From the NCBI GenBank assembly GCA_965217585.1, contig OZ244561.1:832001-896000 (forward strand): a stretch of DNA of 64,000 nucleotides. Reading direction: 5' to 3'. The translations under genes and the position numbers were made by a program. The first letter of the stretch is position 1; each line of letters begins with the position of its first letter. Below, piece by piece: positions 9,319-18,682 of the stretch. The DNA is from Candidatus Latescibacterota bacterium (GTDB taxonomy: Bacteria > Latescibacterota > UBA2968 > UBA8231). The notes beneath the pieces are model-generated. The model was not told where the DNA came from. It made no database searches and saw only the letters and a list, made by a program, of their open reading frames with translations.

Positions 9319-11655
9319 TTGGATAAACTAGTGCCTAGTGCCACCTCTGTCTCTGCAGCCCCAGCTTCCATTAGATCGAAATTTAACCACCAAACCAGAG
9401 GTTTTCGTCCTTGCCCCACTGTGCCCGCCCAAGCGAGCGGATCCGCGGGATGGCGTCGGATCCGGATAGTGCTGGCAATCTATGGTGTTCTGGTATTTTT
9501 CGAAACTCCAATTGCCGCCGAACTCATCGTCGTCGGTGGGCCCCAAGGTCTGAGCTGGCAGAGCGGAGGAGGCACCATCCCCGCCTCGGTGATCCGCACC
9601 AGTCGCAGCGTTGAGCGCACCAATACGCCGGGTAGCGTCATCGACTTCGATCCCGAGGCGCGAACTAACTGGATTTTCCCCCAGCGCGCCGATACTTCGC
9701 GCAATATTGCCGTCGGTGCTACCGCCGAGAATCGCGGTGGCAGCATTCGCTCGCTCAACAATCCGGGCGTCCGCAGCCAGCTATCCAACTTGATCGACGA
9801 CAACGGCCTTACGGCGTTGGACCTGCGGCCGACGGCCAGCGGTCAAAGCATTGGTGCCTTGGGGCTGCTCATCGACCTGGATTTGGGCGCCCCATTCGGC
9901 GTCAACCGCTTCAAATTCTTTCCCCGCAACGCCGATCCCGCTTTCCCCGCGCCCGACTTCCCCTTCCAGAACGACTTTATGCGAGCCTTTGAAATTTTTG
10001 TCAACGACGGCTCGGCTCAGAACCAGCGCGAGGGTGTGCCGATCCTGGAAACCTCCGTGCTGGTGGGCCAAAACGAAGAGGCGGTGGTGGATATCCGCAT
10101 CCCCCCCCAGTACATCCGCTTTATTCGCCTCAAATCCCTGACTGCCACCGGATTCGAAATCGCCGAATTTCAGGTCTTTGGCATCGGTTTCGTGCCCGAA
10201 GCCGTGTATTTGTCCAATATCTTTGACTTTGAAGATCTGGCCTTGCTGGGCAACCTGCGCTGGTCCCAAGACGCGCTTGGCGACCCCGACCGGGCCAGTG
10301 CTTGGATCCGCACGCGCACTGGGCGCGATCCTCAACCAGTAGAATTCAACAAAATCCGGCCGGGCGAACGGATCTTCGGCACCTCCGACATTGAGGTGCC
10401 CTGGAAACAGGCCGCCGATGTGGAGGACGAAGACCTCGCCAACCTGATCGAATCGGTCCTCGATAACGAGTCGGTTGATGTGCGGCAAGCTATGGGTGTC
10501 TTTGCAGAGTTGTCCCTTGCGCGCCAGGAACTCATCACCCTCGACGCAGCAGACTACGCCAAGCTGAAGCGCGAAGCCAAAGGCGGCATCCGCGACGATG
10601 TGGTCAATTGGAGCGGCTGGTCTCCCCCCTATCCGGCGACGGGCATTGTCGCCACAGGTCGACTAGAGGACCTCAGCACCGGGATCCCAATAGTCTCGCC
10701 TGGACCCCGGCGCTATTTTCAGTTTCAAATCCAATTCTTCAGCGAGGATTTCGGGGCGGCTGCGGGGGTGGGAGGCTTGGCTTTTGAGGTGCTCACCCCT
10801 CCCTTTGCCGAACAGCTCATTGCCGAAATTGCGCCGCGCACAGTCGCATTGGGCGAGAGCACCCGTTTCACTTACGCCGTGCTCGTTCTGTCCAGGCCGG
10901 GCAAGGACAGGGGCTTCGACCGCCTCGAGATCGATACTCCGCTGCGGGTCACTTCAGTTGGCCAGATCCGGATTCACCGGGGCAAGCAAATCATCCAAGA
11001 GAGCGATTTCTCTGCTGCTGATCTGGACAATCTGCCCGTCTCCGAGAATGGCATGACCATCGTCGAGGTCCGGGACGACGGCTTTGTCCTCTCCTTTCCC
11101 CCCATCGCCGAAGACGGTCTCGTTCTCAGCGTCGAATTCGAAAATGCCGTTCTGGGCTTTGGCACGGCCTTTAGCGGTCGGGTGCAGGAAGGCTCGGCGA
11201 ACACGGGGATATGGCAGGAAGTGATGGCTGGCAACGCCTTCGATCTGGGCTTATTGGGCGTGGATGATCCGGACGTATCGCCCCAGGCTTCCCTGCTGAG
11301 CGGAAATCTCTCCGTGGCCGTGCCCATTTCCAGCAATCTGCTCATTAACGCAGTTCCCGAACCCAATGTTTTCACCCCCAATGGGGACGGAGTCAACGAC
11401 CAGGTATCCATACGCTACGACATCGCCAACATCGTGAGTTCGGCTCCGTTGCAGATCCGCATCTTCGATTTGGCCGGCCGGCCGATCCGGCAGCTCTACG
11501 CAGGAGCCGACCCCAGCGGCCGCTTCTCCCGAATCTGGGATGGCCGGGACGATGGCGGACAGTTGGTTGCTCCGGGGCACTATCTGTTCAACATTGACCT
11601 CGATGCAGCTACAGGTGCCGAGCGTGCGGTGGGTTTGATTAGGCTGGTCTATTGA
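9319..11655 (+). CDS. Cassette protein A1: secreted protein with discoidin-like domain and C-terminal FlgD-Ig / gliding-motility-CTD-like domain
   Basis: IDLDLGAPFGVNRFKFFPR...FEIAEFQVFG; C-terminal FTPNGDGVND...IFDLAGR...WDGRDDGGQLVAPGHY...LVY. Paralog of 32647-34890. True start probably later than the TTG at 9319 (signal-like segment ...LAIYGVLVFFETPIAA-ELIVVG). Confidence 0.75.
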   Translation: MDKLVPSATSVSAAPASIRSKFNHQTRGFRPCPTVPAQASGSAGWRRIRIVLAIYGVLVFFETPIAAELIVVGGPQGLSWQSGGGTIPASVIRTSRSVERTNTPGSVIDFDPEARTNWIFPQRADTSRNIAVGATAENRGGSIRSLNNPGVRSQLSNLIDDNGLTALDLRPTASGQSIGALGLLIDLDLGAPFGVNRFKFFPRNADPAFPAPDFPFQNDFMRAFEIFVNDGSAQNQREGVPILETSVLVGQNEEAVVDIRIPPQYIRFIRLKSLTATGFEIAEFQVFGIGFVPEAVYLSNIFDFEDLALLGNLRWSQDALGDPDRASAWIRTRTGRDPQPVEFNKIRPGERIFGTSDIEVPWKQAADVEDEDLANLIESVLDNESVDVRQAMGVFAELSLARQELITLDAADYAKLKREAKGGIRDDVVNWSGWSPPYPATGIVATGRLEDLSTGIPIVSPGPRRYFQFQIQFFSEDFGAAAGVGGLAFEVLTPPFAEQLIAEIAPRTVALGESTRFTYAVLVLSRPGKDRGFDRLEIDTPLRVTSVGQIRIHRGKQIIQESDFSAADLDNLPVSENGMTIVEVRDDGFVLSFPPIAEDGLVLSVEFENAVLGFGTAFSGRVQEGSANTGIWQEVMAGNAFDLGLLGVDDPDVSPQASLLSGNLSVAVPISSNLLINAVPEPNVFTPNGDGVNDQVSIRYDIANIVSSAPLQIRIFDLAGRPIRQLYAGADPSGRFSRIWDGRDDGGQLVAPGHYLFNIDLDAATGAERAVGLIRLVY

Positions 11656-11674
11656 ATTAACGCGGGGAGCGGGT

Positions 11675-14458
11675 TTGAGATTATTAAGACGCGATGGCCT
11701 CATCATCCTAGTCGGCTTGCTGCTGAGTGGCCCCAACTACGCCCAAGATTACGGCGGACGTCTGGGGACCCCAAGGGGCGGCCAAGTCCACTTTGAGCCC
11801 CGGGGCCCTGGGGTTCTTTTTGGGGCGTTGGACCCGGCCGTCAAGAAGTGGTATGTGCCGCAGGAACTGTTTGCAGACTATGGCTGGCGGCAATGGCAAT
11901 ACTCCAATTATGCCAGAGAATCCTATCAACGCTATGTCAATACCGCGCTGGAAGGGGACTATTTCTACGATTTCTACGGCAATTTTATCGGCCGTGGCTG
12001 GCTGATCTACGACTGGCGTCAAAACCAACCCCAGCAACTGGGTAGTAGCATTTTCAAGGACTCCCTCTTTGGCAACTGGTTCAATTCCGTCGTCATCGGC
12101 GGCGAATCTCAGGGGCAGTACCACTATTCCATAACTGTGGGCAATCAGATCCGCACGACCCTCACGCCGATGACCTTCTCCAAGCCCGCATTCAACGGCG
12201 TGCAAATCGATTTCGCCGCCGACAAGTACGCGGCGACCATACTAACTTCGCGGATCGGCGATCCCGTCACCGGCCAGACCGGGGAACCTGCGAGCCTGAC
12301 CAATACCACCGGCATGCTCGGGGCTCGGGCCACGGTTCAGTTGGGCGATTTTGTCGAAGTGGGTGCAACCCTGGTCAATGCCCGCAATAGCAGTACCAGC
12401 CTCGACCTGTTCAACGGCAATCTGGTCGCTGGCAGCCTAGTCGCCGGCCAGAGTAGCAAGCCGGTGACGGCCATTGCCATCGTACTGAGCGACGATACTC
12501 CGGAGGATGGCAAAGGAGGTGCGGCGCTTTTCTCTCATCAGGTGCGCATCGTCAGCCTGAACTTTGCCACCAATGAGGAGGAAATTTCAACCCTCGAGGA
12601 TGTGGTCCGTCCGGGCTCTGAATGGCCCGTCGTCTTCGGAGGATTCCGTCGCTCCCGGTTCGTGGCCGCCGATGGCGCAGAGCGCATTATTCTGAACTAC
12701 GACTTCAACGATCCAGGCTATGTAGGCCCCGATCCCACTGCGATTGTCAAAGTAGAATTCGACTACGTTCTGGCCAATGACTTCAAGATCGAGATGTGGT
12801 CCGACCGACAGACCGGCAAGCAAAACCAGCCTGCGCCGCCAATAAGTTCCGAAATTATCAGCGCTGCCCAACCCGCTCTCCTGACCGTGCGTCGGGCAGC
12901 GGGCAATGTCCAGGATGCTTCCAATCTACAGCGAGTCCAATTCGCTTATGGTCTGCCCACAGCCAACTTGGTAGGGGGGTTCACGCTCTCGGCAACCAGT
13001 CTGTGGGGTTTTGATTTCTACGGGGAGTGGGACCGCAATAGACGCTATAGCCAGTATCCCAATGCCGCTCTTTTCAGCGCGGGGAAAAAACACCAGACCG
13101 CCCACCGCGAAGCGGATGCCTGGCATTTTAACCTCTCCAGACAGATCTATCCCTGGTTCGGCTATGCCGAAGTCTACTCCTTCGACGAAGCCTATTCCAC
13201 TTCCGCCTTTCTGACCGATGCCAACGGAGATATACACTACGACGACCCTCAGCGCTACCTCTACGAATTTGTCGAGGACAACGATGACCAAGATCGCTTT
13301 GCGGATTGGATTCGCTTCGGCACTGCCAGCGATCGGCTCATCTTCCCCGGCTGGGACGAGAACAATGATTTCATTTCGGACTTCAATCAGAACGACAATT
13401 CTTCGGTGGCCAACCTCGTACCCGACTACGACGAGCCCTTTCTGCGCTACGAGGTCGATCGGCCCGAATTTCTCTTTGGCATCGACCTGAACAACAACAA
13501 TTGGATCGATCGCTTTGAGGACGACGACCTAGCGGACTATCCCTACAAACCCGACCGGCGCGGCTACAACGCTTTTCTTGGGGTCAACCTGAATCCGGCA
13601 GCCCGCTTGATCCTCGGCCACACTGACGAGAAAATGCCTTCGAGCGAAGGTAAAAATCGCACCACCTACGCCCTCCTTACCTTCGACCGGAACGATCCCA
13701 AGCTCGGGCGCCTGCGTTTTTTTGCAATGCTCAAACGGAGTGCAGACACCATTCCCGACGACCGCAGAGAACCCACGCCCTTCATCGATGCGCCACCTAT
13801 TCAGCCCATCGTGCGGGACCTCCTGTCGGCCCAGGACACCTGGATTAACACTACCTGGATCGGCTGGGATAATAAAGGCAGAAGCCGGCTGACCTTCGTC
13901 AACAAGCTAAAGTACGAGATCTTCCACCAAAACGGGGCGCTGGGTCTCGACCGGGAAGGACGCCGCCTGAGGAGAAACGCCAGCTTCTTAGGGCTGATCA
14001 ACAAAGTGGACTACACCTATCCAGTACATCGCTTTGAGGTGCGGCCCCAATTAAAGAGCGAGTTCCTGCGCCAGATACCCTTCGTGCGCCAGCAGGAAAA
14101 GCGGCAAAACTGGATCGCTACCCTCCAACTGCTGGCCGGCTTTCCCCTCCTGCGCCATACCCAGATCGAGGCTGGCTGCGAGTTGCTTTGGTTCCGGGAT
14201 CTAGTGCGGGACGAAGAAGAATTGCTCGAATTGGGTCTGGCGCAAGAGACCGGAGATCTGCAGTCCACGATCCTGGCGATGCAGCTATCCACCAACTCTG
14301 CCTACCAAGGCTATCAGCTAATCACCCAGATTGGCTTTCGCGTCGGCCGCACCCGCAATGAGATCCTGCGCGGAGGCGAGGGGGACCGCTTAGAAAAAGC
14401 CCACGAGAGCAATAACGAGATGACCAGCTTTATCACCGTCTACGCTGGAATCGAATAA
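11675..14458 (+). CDS. Cassette protein B1: large exported protein, probable outer-membrane beta-barrel with Asp/Asn-rich Ca-binding-like segment
   Basis: Signal peptide ending NYA-QDYG; alternating hydrophobic beta-strand pattern in the C-terminal part; ends ...SFITVYAGIE; close paralog of 34902-37721. Confidence 0.65.
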   Translation: MRLLRRDGLIILVGLLLSGPNYAQDYGGRLGTPRGGQVHFEPRGPGVLFGALDPAVKKWYVPQELFADYGWRQWQYSNYARESYQRYVNTALEGDYFYDFYGNFIGRGWLIYDWRQNQPQQLGSSIFKDSLFGNWFNSVVIGGESQGQYHYSITVGNQIRTTLTPMTFSKPAFNGVQIDFAADKYAATILTSRIGDPVTGQTGEPASLTNTTGMLGARATVQLGDFVEVGATLVNARNSSTSLDLFNGNLVAGSLVAGQSSKPVTAIAIVLSDDTPEDGKGGAALFSHQVRIVSLNFATNEEEISTLEDVVRPGSEWPVVFGGFRRSRFVAADGAERIILNYDFNDPGYVGPDPTAIVKVEFDYVLANDFKIEMWSDRQTGKQNQPAPPISSEIISAAQPALLTVRRAAGNVQDASNLQRVQFAYGLPTANLVGGFTLSATSLWGFDFYGEWDRNRRYSQYPNAALFSAGKKHQTAHREADAWHFNLSRQIYPWFGYAEVYSFDEAYSTSAFLTDANGDIHYDDPQRYLYEFVEDNDDQDRFADWIRFGTASDRLIFPGWDENNDFISDFNQNDNSSVANLVPDYDEPFLRYEVDRPEFLFGIDLNNNNWIDRFEDDDLADYPYKPDRRGYNAFLGVNLNPAARLILGHTDEKMPSSEGKNRTTYALLTFDRNDPKLGRLRFFAMLKRSADTIPDDRREPTPFIDAPPIQPIVRDLLSAQDTWINTTWIGWDNKGRSRLTFVNKLKYEIFHQNGALGLDREGRRLRRNASFLGLINKVDYTYPVHRFEVRPQLKSEFLRQIPFVRQQEKRQNWIATLQLLAGFPLLRHTQIEAGCELLWFRDLVRDEEELLELGLAQETGDLQSTILAMQLSTNSAYQGYQLITQIGFRVGRTRNEILRGGEGDRLEKAHESNNEMTSFITVYAGIE

Positions 14459-17359
14459 ATGAAACGGGATGTGCTGCCTAAAGGGCGGCTTCTTTCAGTC
14501 CAAGTGCTTCTGGTATTGGTCTGCTCCTCGGCCGTCTCCGCCCAGACCGACTACGATCATCGCCTCGGCAGACAGCAGGGAGCGGGGCGTATCTATGGCA
14601 CAACGGGGCCAACCACACTATTGGAGGCGCTGGATCCCACCGTCCATCGCTGGTACTTGCCACAAGAGCTGTTCGCGGAATACGGCCGGCGTCAGTGGCG
14701 CTACACCAACTACGCCCGGGAGCCTTATTTGCGCTACCTCAGCCGGGGGCAGGAGGGCCTCTTCTTCTACGATGTGTACGGCAATTTCACTACCCGGGGT
14801 TGGCTCGTATACGACTGGCGCCAGACCCAGCCTTTGCCCTTTGACGCCAGTCAGCTCACCAAACCCGGACGCTACGATAGCTGGTTCCAGCGCCTGCTCA
14901 TCTCATCCGATGCCAGCGGCGACTACAACTATTCGATCATCATCGGCGATGAGATCAATGCCACGCTGACCCCCATGACCTTTCGCAAGGCGGGTTTCAA
15001 TGGCGTGGTAGCCAATCTGGGAACCAGCCGCTTCCAGGCCACGAGCTTATTTTCCCGGGTCTCGGCACCCAGCATCGCCATTGACCCCCTAGCGCCCACC
15101 GCTTCGGTTGCGAACTTTACCAACCTCGTCGCCGGGCGTCTTCAGGCCGACATCCTCCCCCATCTCTCCCTAGGTCTGACCCTGGTCAATGCCCACAACG
15201 GCAACGGCTCCAGCGAGAGTTTTAAAGACAATCCCTTCCAAGGCTCGCTGACCACAGGCCAGTTAGAGCGGCGCCAAAACTTAGTCATAGTGCGTCTCGG
15301 CGACGATTCGCCCGAGGATGGCGAGGGCGGTGCCATACTTTTTGCGCAGGAGGTGGAAATTGCCCTCAAACTCAAACGCCAGATCGTGGCCGGAGACTCA
15401 GTGACCGTCGTGGCCAAGGACACCCTCATCGCGGGCAGCAGCATCGGCTTTAGACCGCTGCGCCAGGGTGGTAAACTGCGCGATGGATTCTTGACAGCCG
15501 ATGGGGCCGAGTCCATTACCCTCAAGTACGTGCTCGCACCCGAGGAAGGGGAGAGCGAAGAAAGCAGCCTGCGCCTGGCCCTGCAGCGGCGTCTGGGGAT
15601 GAGCCTGGCAGAGGCAGAGGACGCTATAAGCAGCATCGAAAACGTGCGCTTCCACTTGCTTATGGCCAACGACTACCGCATCGAAGTGAGCTCGGACCGG
15701 CAGACCAATGCCGTCGGCCAGCCCCAATTCCTGCTGGTCGCTCAAGCTCCGGGAAATATCAAAAACCGGGCGAACCAACGCGAGATCATCTTCGACTACG
15801 GTCTGCCCACGGCCAACCAACTCTTCGGGATTAGCGCCGAGGTGCGCAATTTCCGTGGATTTGATTTCTATGGAGAATTCAACCTGAACAACCAGTACCG
15901 CAAATACCCGGGCATCAGCGCCAAAAGTCACCGAGCTTTTGCGGGTATCGTAGGAGAGGAGCAAGCCATCGGCTGGATGGCGAATTTGTCCAAGCGAACT
16001 GGCCCTTGGCACCTTTTCGCAGAAGCGTTTGGCATGGACGCAACCTACACCACCAGTGTCCTGCCCGTCGATAGCCGCGGCGTGACCGACTATTCACCCG
16101 CAGCCACGGTCCGCCTCTACGATTTTGTCGACGACAACGACGACCAAGACCGCCATCCCGACCAACTGCGGATCTTCCAGGGCAGCTTGATTCCCCTGCC
16201 CGGAGAGCGCTTCAGGATCCGCCCTAGGGGCTCGGCCGATCCGGCTGTTTTCCCCGGCTACGACGAGAATGGCGATTTCATCTCCGACTTCAACCAAAAC
16301 AGCAACGGAGACCGGGAAAATTTCTTCCCCGACTACGAGGAGCCTTTCCTGCGCTATTATTCAGATCGACCGGATTTTCTCTTCGGGGTGGATCTCAACA
16401 ACAACGGCTGGATCGACCGCTTCGAGAACGACGATCGGCCGGATTATCCCTATAAAAAAGACCACTGGGGCCATAACCTCTACGCCAGCCTCCAGTTCAA
16501 TCCACAGATCAAATTGACCGTAGGGCGTCTGCATCAGACCAAGCGCCAAGACGATCGCCGCAATACCACGATGTACGGACTGTTCACCTTTTCTAAAGAC
16601 TGGTCCGGGCGCGGCAAGCTCCGACTCTTCGACATGCTGAAAAAGGCCCGGGACACCATCGCTGACCCCCTCTCCCAATGGATGCTGCCCCCGACCCAAT
16701 TCGGCCAACCCGCCGAGACCAGCGGACTCCATATACCCGTGCCCGATGCCTTGGCCGCCAAGGACACCTATATCAATACCTTTTACGCCGACTGGGAGCA
16801 AAGCACCCAGCGTTGGGCTTCTCTGCACCGGTTCAAGTGGGAGATCTGGCAACAGGCCAAAAGTGGGGATGCCCTCAACGCACTGGGTAGCGAGGGGAGT
16901 AGCGACAGGAGGACTTCGGGTTTTCTGGGTTTAATCAATAAAATAGAGCATCTGTTCTATCTGGGTCCCCTGACCATAGCGCCCAAATTCAAGAGCGAAT
17001 TCCTGCGCCGGGTGCCCTTCACCCAGACCGAGGAAAAGCAGCGCTCGTGGGACGCCTTGTTCTTTTTAACCGCCGCCCTTCCCTTGCTGCGCTCCACCGA
17101 GGTGGAAATGGGTGTGGAACACCGGCAGTTCTTCGATCTGCAAAAGCGAGAGGACGGCCTAGGTGCCGGTCGCTTTAGCGGAGACTTCGGAGGTTGGGTC
17201 CTGGCTCTGCAGTTGACCACCCAGAACCCCTATCAGGGATACGAGTTGACCACCCAACTGGGCCTGCGCTTTGAACGACGCACTCTAGAGGTAGTGGGTG
17301 GCGAAGGTGCCAACCGGAGCTCGGGACTGGCTTTTCTTTCGATCTTCGCAGGCTTTTGA
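14459..17359 (+). CDS. Cassette protein C1: paralog of B, probable outer-membrane beta-barrel
   Basis: ATG directly follows the TAA of B1; signal ending VSA-QTDY; shares LDPxVxxWYxPQEL, RGWLxYDWRQxQP, TLTPMTFxK and the acidic segment with B; ends ...AFLSIFAGF (terminal Phe, beta-signal-like). Confidence 0.65.
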   Translation: MKRDVLPKGRLLSVQVLLVLVCSSAVSAQTDYDHRLGRQQGAGRIYGTTGPTTLLEALDPTVHRWYLPQELFAEYGRRQWRYTNYAREPYLRYLSRGQEGLFFYDVYGNFTTRGWLVYDWRQTQPLPFDASQLTKPGRYDSWFQRLLISSDASGDYNYSIIIGDEINATLTPMTFRKAGFNGVVANLGTSRFQATSLFSRVSAPSIAIDPLAPTASVANFTNLVAGRLQADILPHLSLGLTLVNAHNGNGSSESFKDNPFQGSLTTGQLERRQNLVIVRLGDDSPEDGEGGAILFAQEVEIALKLKRQIVAGDSVTVVAKDTLIAGSSIGFRPLRQGGKLRDGFLTADGAESITLKYVLAPEEGESEESSLRLALQRRLGMSLAEAEDAISSIENVRFHLLMANDYRIEVSSDRQTNAVGQPQFLLVAQAPGNIKNRANQREIIFDYGLPTANQLFGISAEVRNFRGFDFYGEFNLNNQYRKYPGISAKSHRAFAGIVGEEQAIGWMANLSKRTGPWHLFAEAFGMDATYTTSVLPVDSRGVTDYSPAATVRLYDFVDDNDDQDRHPDQLRIFQGSLIPLPGERFRIRPRGSADPAVFPGYDENGDFISDFNQNSNGDRENFFPDYEEPFLRYYSDRPDFLFGVDLNNNGWIDRFENDDRPDYPYKKDHWGHNLYASLQFNPQIKLTVGRLHQTKRQDDRRNTTMYGLFTFSKDWSGRGKLRLFDMLKKARDTIADPLSQWMLPPTQFGQPAETSGLHIPVPDALAAKDTYINTFYADWEQSTQRWASLHRFKWEIWQQAKSGDALNALGSEGSSDRRTSGFLGLINKIEHLFYLGPLTIAPKFKSEFLRRVPFTQTEEKQRSWDALFFLTAALPLLRSTEVEMGVEHRQFFDLQKREDGLGAGRFSGDFGGWVLALQLTTQNPYQGYELTTQLGLRFERRTLEVVGGEGANRSSGLAFLSIFAGF

Positions 17360-17431
17360 TAGGCGCTTGGCCTCTTACTTGCAGGCTGGGTGCACTATTC
17401 GGACTCCTCGAGCGGTGTTCTACAAAAAAGT

Positions 17432-17460
17432 TTGACATTCTTTCTTAGATGTCGTATTTA
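17432..17460 (+). promoter_or_regulatory. Putative sigma70 promoter for small secreted protein S1
   Basis: Perfect TTGACA at 17432 followed 17 nt later by TATTTA(T), in an AT-rich intergenic region; the -10 match is imperfect. Confidence 0.4.
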
Positions 17461-17542
17461 TGAAAAATTAGCTTATATAGCAGTCCTAAATGACTTGAAA
17501 GCACGGAATGTTCATCGGCACGGTCTCTTCTGCCTATAAGAA

Positions 17543-17569
17543 GTCATTCCCGCGCAAGCGGGAATCCAG
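17543..17569. repeat. REP-like palindromic element (GTCATTCCCGCGCAAGCGGGAATCCAG)
   Basis: ATTCCCGC-GCAA-GCGGGAAT hairpin; same family as the dimer at 30590-30643; resembles CGTC-type REP / dRS3-like palindromes. Confidence 0.8.
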
Positions 17570-17650
17570 TCTTGAATGATTTAGGGTTGCTATATGACCA
17601 TCTCGATTAGGCTATTTTACCATCTATATCTCCCTCATCAAGGAGGCAAT

Positions 17651-18586
17651 ATGTCCAAAAACGCGCTATCGGCTGCTCTCGCCATAGTATTTCTCGGATT
17701 GACCAGTGCTGCATTTGCCCACCTACCCGACAAAGTCTTTGGTGCCTTTCAGTGGCCAACGAACCAACTGCCTACCCTAGACGGTGATATTTCCGAGTGG
17801 GAGGCCGCGGTCCCGGCAGAATTGTGGATTGATATCAACCGGGACCACACGGATACCGTGCTGGGCGGCAAGGCGGTCGACACGGCCGATCTGTTTTTTC
17901 GCTACGCAGTCGGCTGGAACGACGAGTTAGATCGAATCTACTTTGTCCACGACCGCTTCGACGACCTCTACGACCGCAGCGGGGACAAGGACGACACCAT
18001 TGAGATCGGCTGGGATGCGGACCACAGCGGGGGCAATTTCTGGCACGACAACGACGAGGTCCAGGAAGACCAGTGGCGCAAAATGGGCCAGCAGGCCCAG
18101 AGCGGCCACTTTGCCTGGCCGGCCCTCGGCACGGGAGAAGGTCAGAGCAGTTGGTTCTGGTTCTGGATGACCGACCTAGGTCCCGGGGTCCAGTGGCCCG
18201 ACGACGAGCCCTATGCCTGCTGCGCCGATTCTTTTACGCTCGAAGGTGGTCAGGACGCTGAAACGTCGCTCCAAGCCGAATGGTATGTGACGGGTTGGGA
18301 CGATTACAACTACAATGGGCCCGATCAAAGTGTTCAGCACGACTTTGTCGAAGGCGAAATCGTCGGTATTGGCTTTGCGGTCCACGACACCGACGAAGTC
18401 ACTGTGGACGACAATGGCGATGAAGTGCCTGCTTTCACCAAGTATGTGCTGGGCGGCGAGAATCTGATTTTCGGAGATGCCAGCTTCTTCAGCGACTTCC
18501 AACTGCTTCCGGTCTGTGCCGATTGCTTGCCAACTGCGGTGGAGAACGATTCCTGGGGCCGCGTCAAAGCCTCTTTTGCACCCTAG
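17651..18586 (+). CDS. Small acidic secreted protein S1 (CBM9/DOMON-like ligand-binding fold suspected) with C-terminal TAVENDSWGRVKASF motif
   Basis: AGGAGG RBS at 17641 before ATG 17651; signal peptide ending AFA-H; PTLDGDISEW, IEIGWDADHSGG, IVGIGFAVHDTD; paralog of 29458-30375. Confidence 0.7.
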   Translation: MSKNALSAALAIVFLGLTSAAFAHLPDKVFGAFQWPTNQLPTLDGDISEWEAAVPAELWIDINRDHTDTVLGGKAVDTADLFFRYAVGWNDELDRIYFVHDRFDDLYDRSGDKDDTIEIGWDADHSGGNFWHDNDEVQEDQWRKMGQQAQSGHFAWPALGTGEGQSSWFWFWMTDLGPGVQWPDDEPYACCADSFTLEGGQDAETSLQAEWYVTGWDDYNYNGPDQSVQHDFVEGEIVGIGFAVHDTDEVTVDDNGDEVPAFTKYVLGGENLIFGDASFFSDFQLLPVCADCLPTAVENDSWGRVKASFAP

Positions 18587-18615
18587 CTGATTGGCACCGA
18601 GTTCAATAAAATAAA

Positions 18616-18660
18616 AAGGAGGGTGGATCGCTCAAGCGATCCACCCTCCTTACTTTTTAT
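18616..18660 (+). terminator. Intrinsic terminator / stabilising hairpin after S1
   Basis: 17-bp perfect inverted repeat AAGGAGGGTGGATCGCT / AGCGATCCACCCTCCTT followed by ACTTTTTAT. Confidence 0.85.
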
Positions 18661-18682
18661 CGATAATTACAGGGTCTGAACC

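Noticed and set aside
11675-17359. Calling B/C TonB-dependent receptors (SusC-like)
   Set aside because: No recognisable TonB box, plug-domain motifs or SusC signature; barrel nature is inferred only from strand patterning and C-termini.
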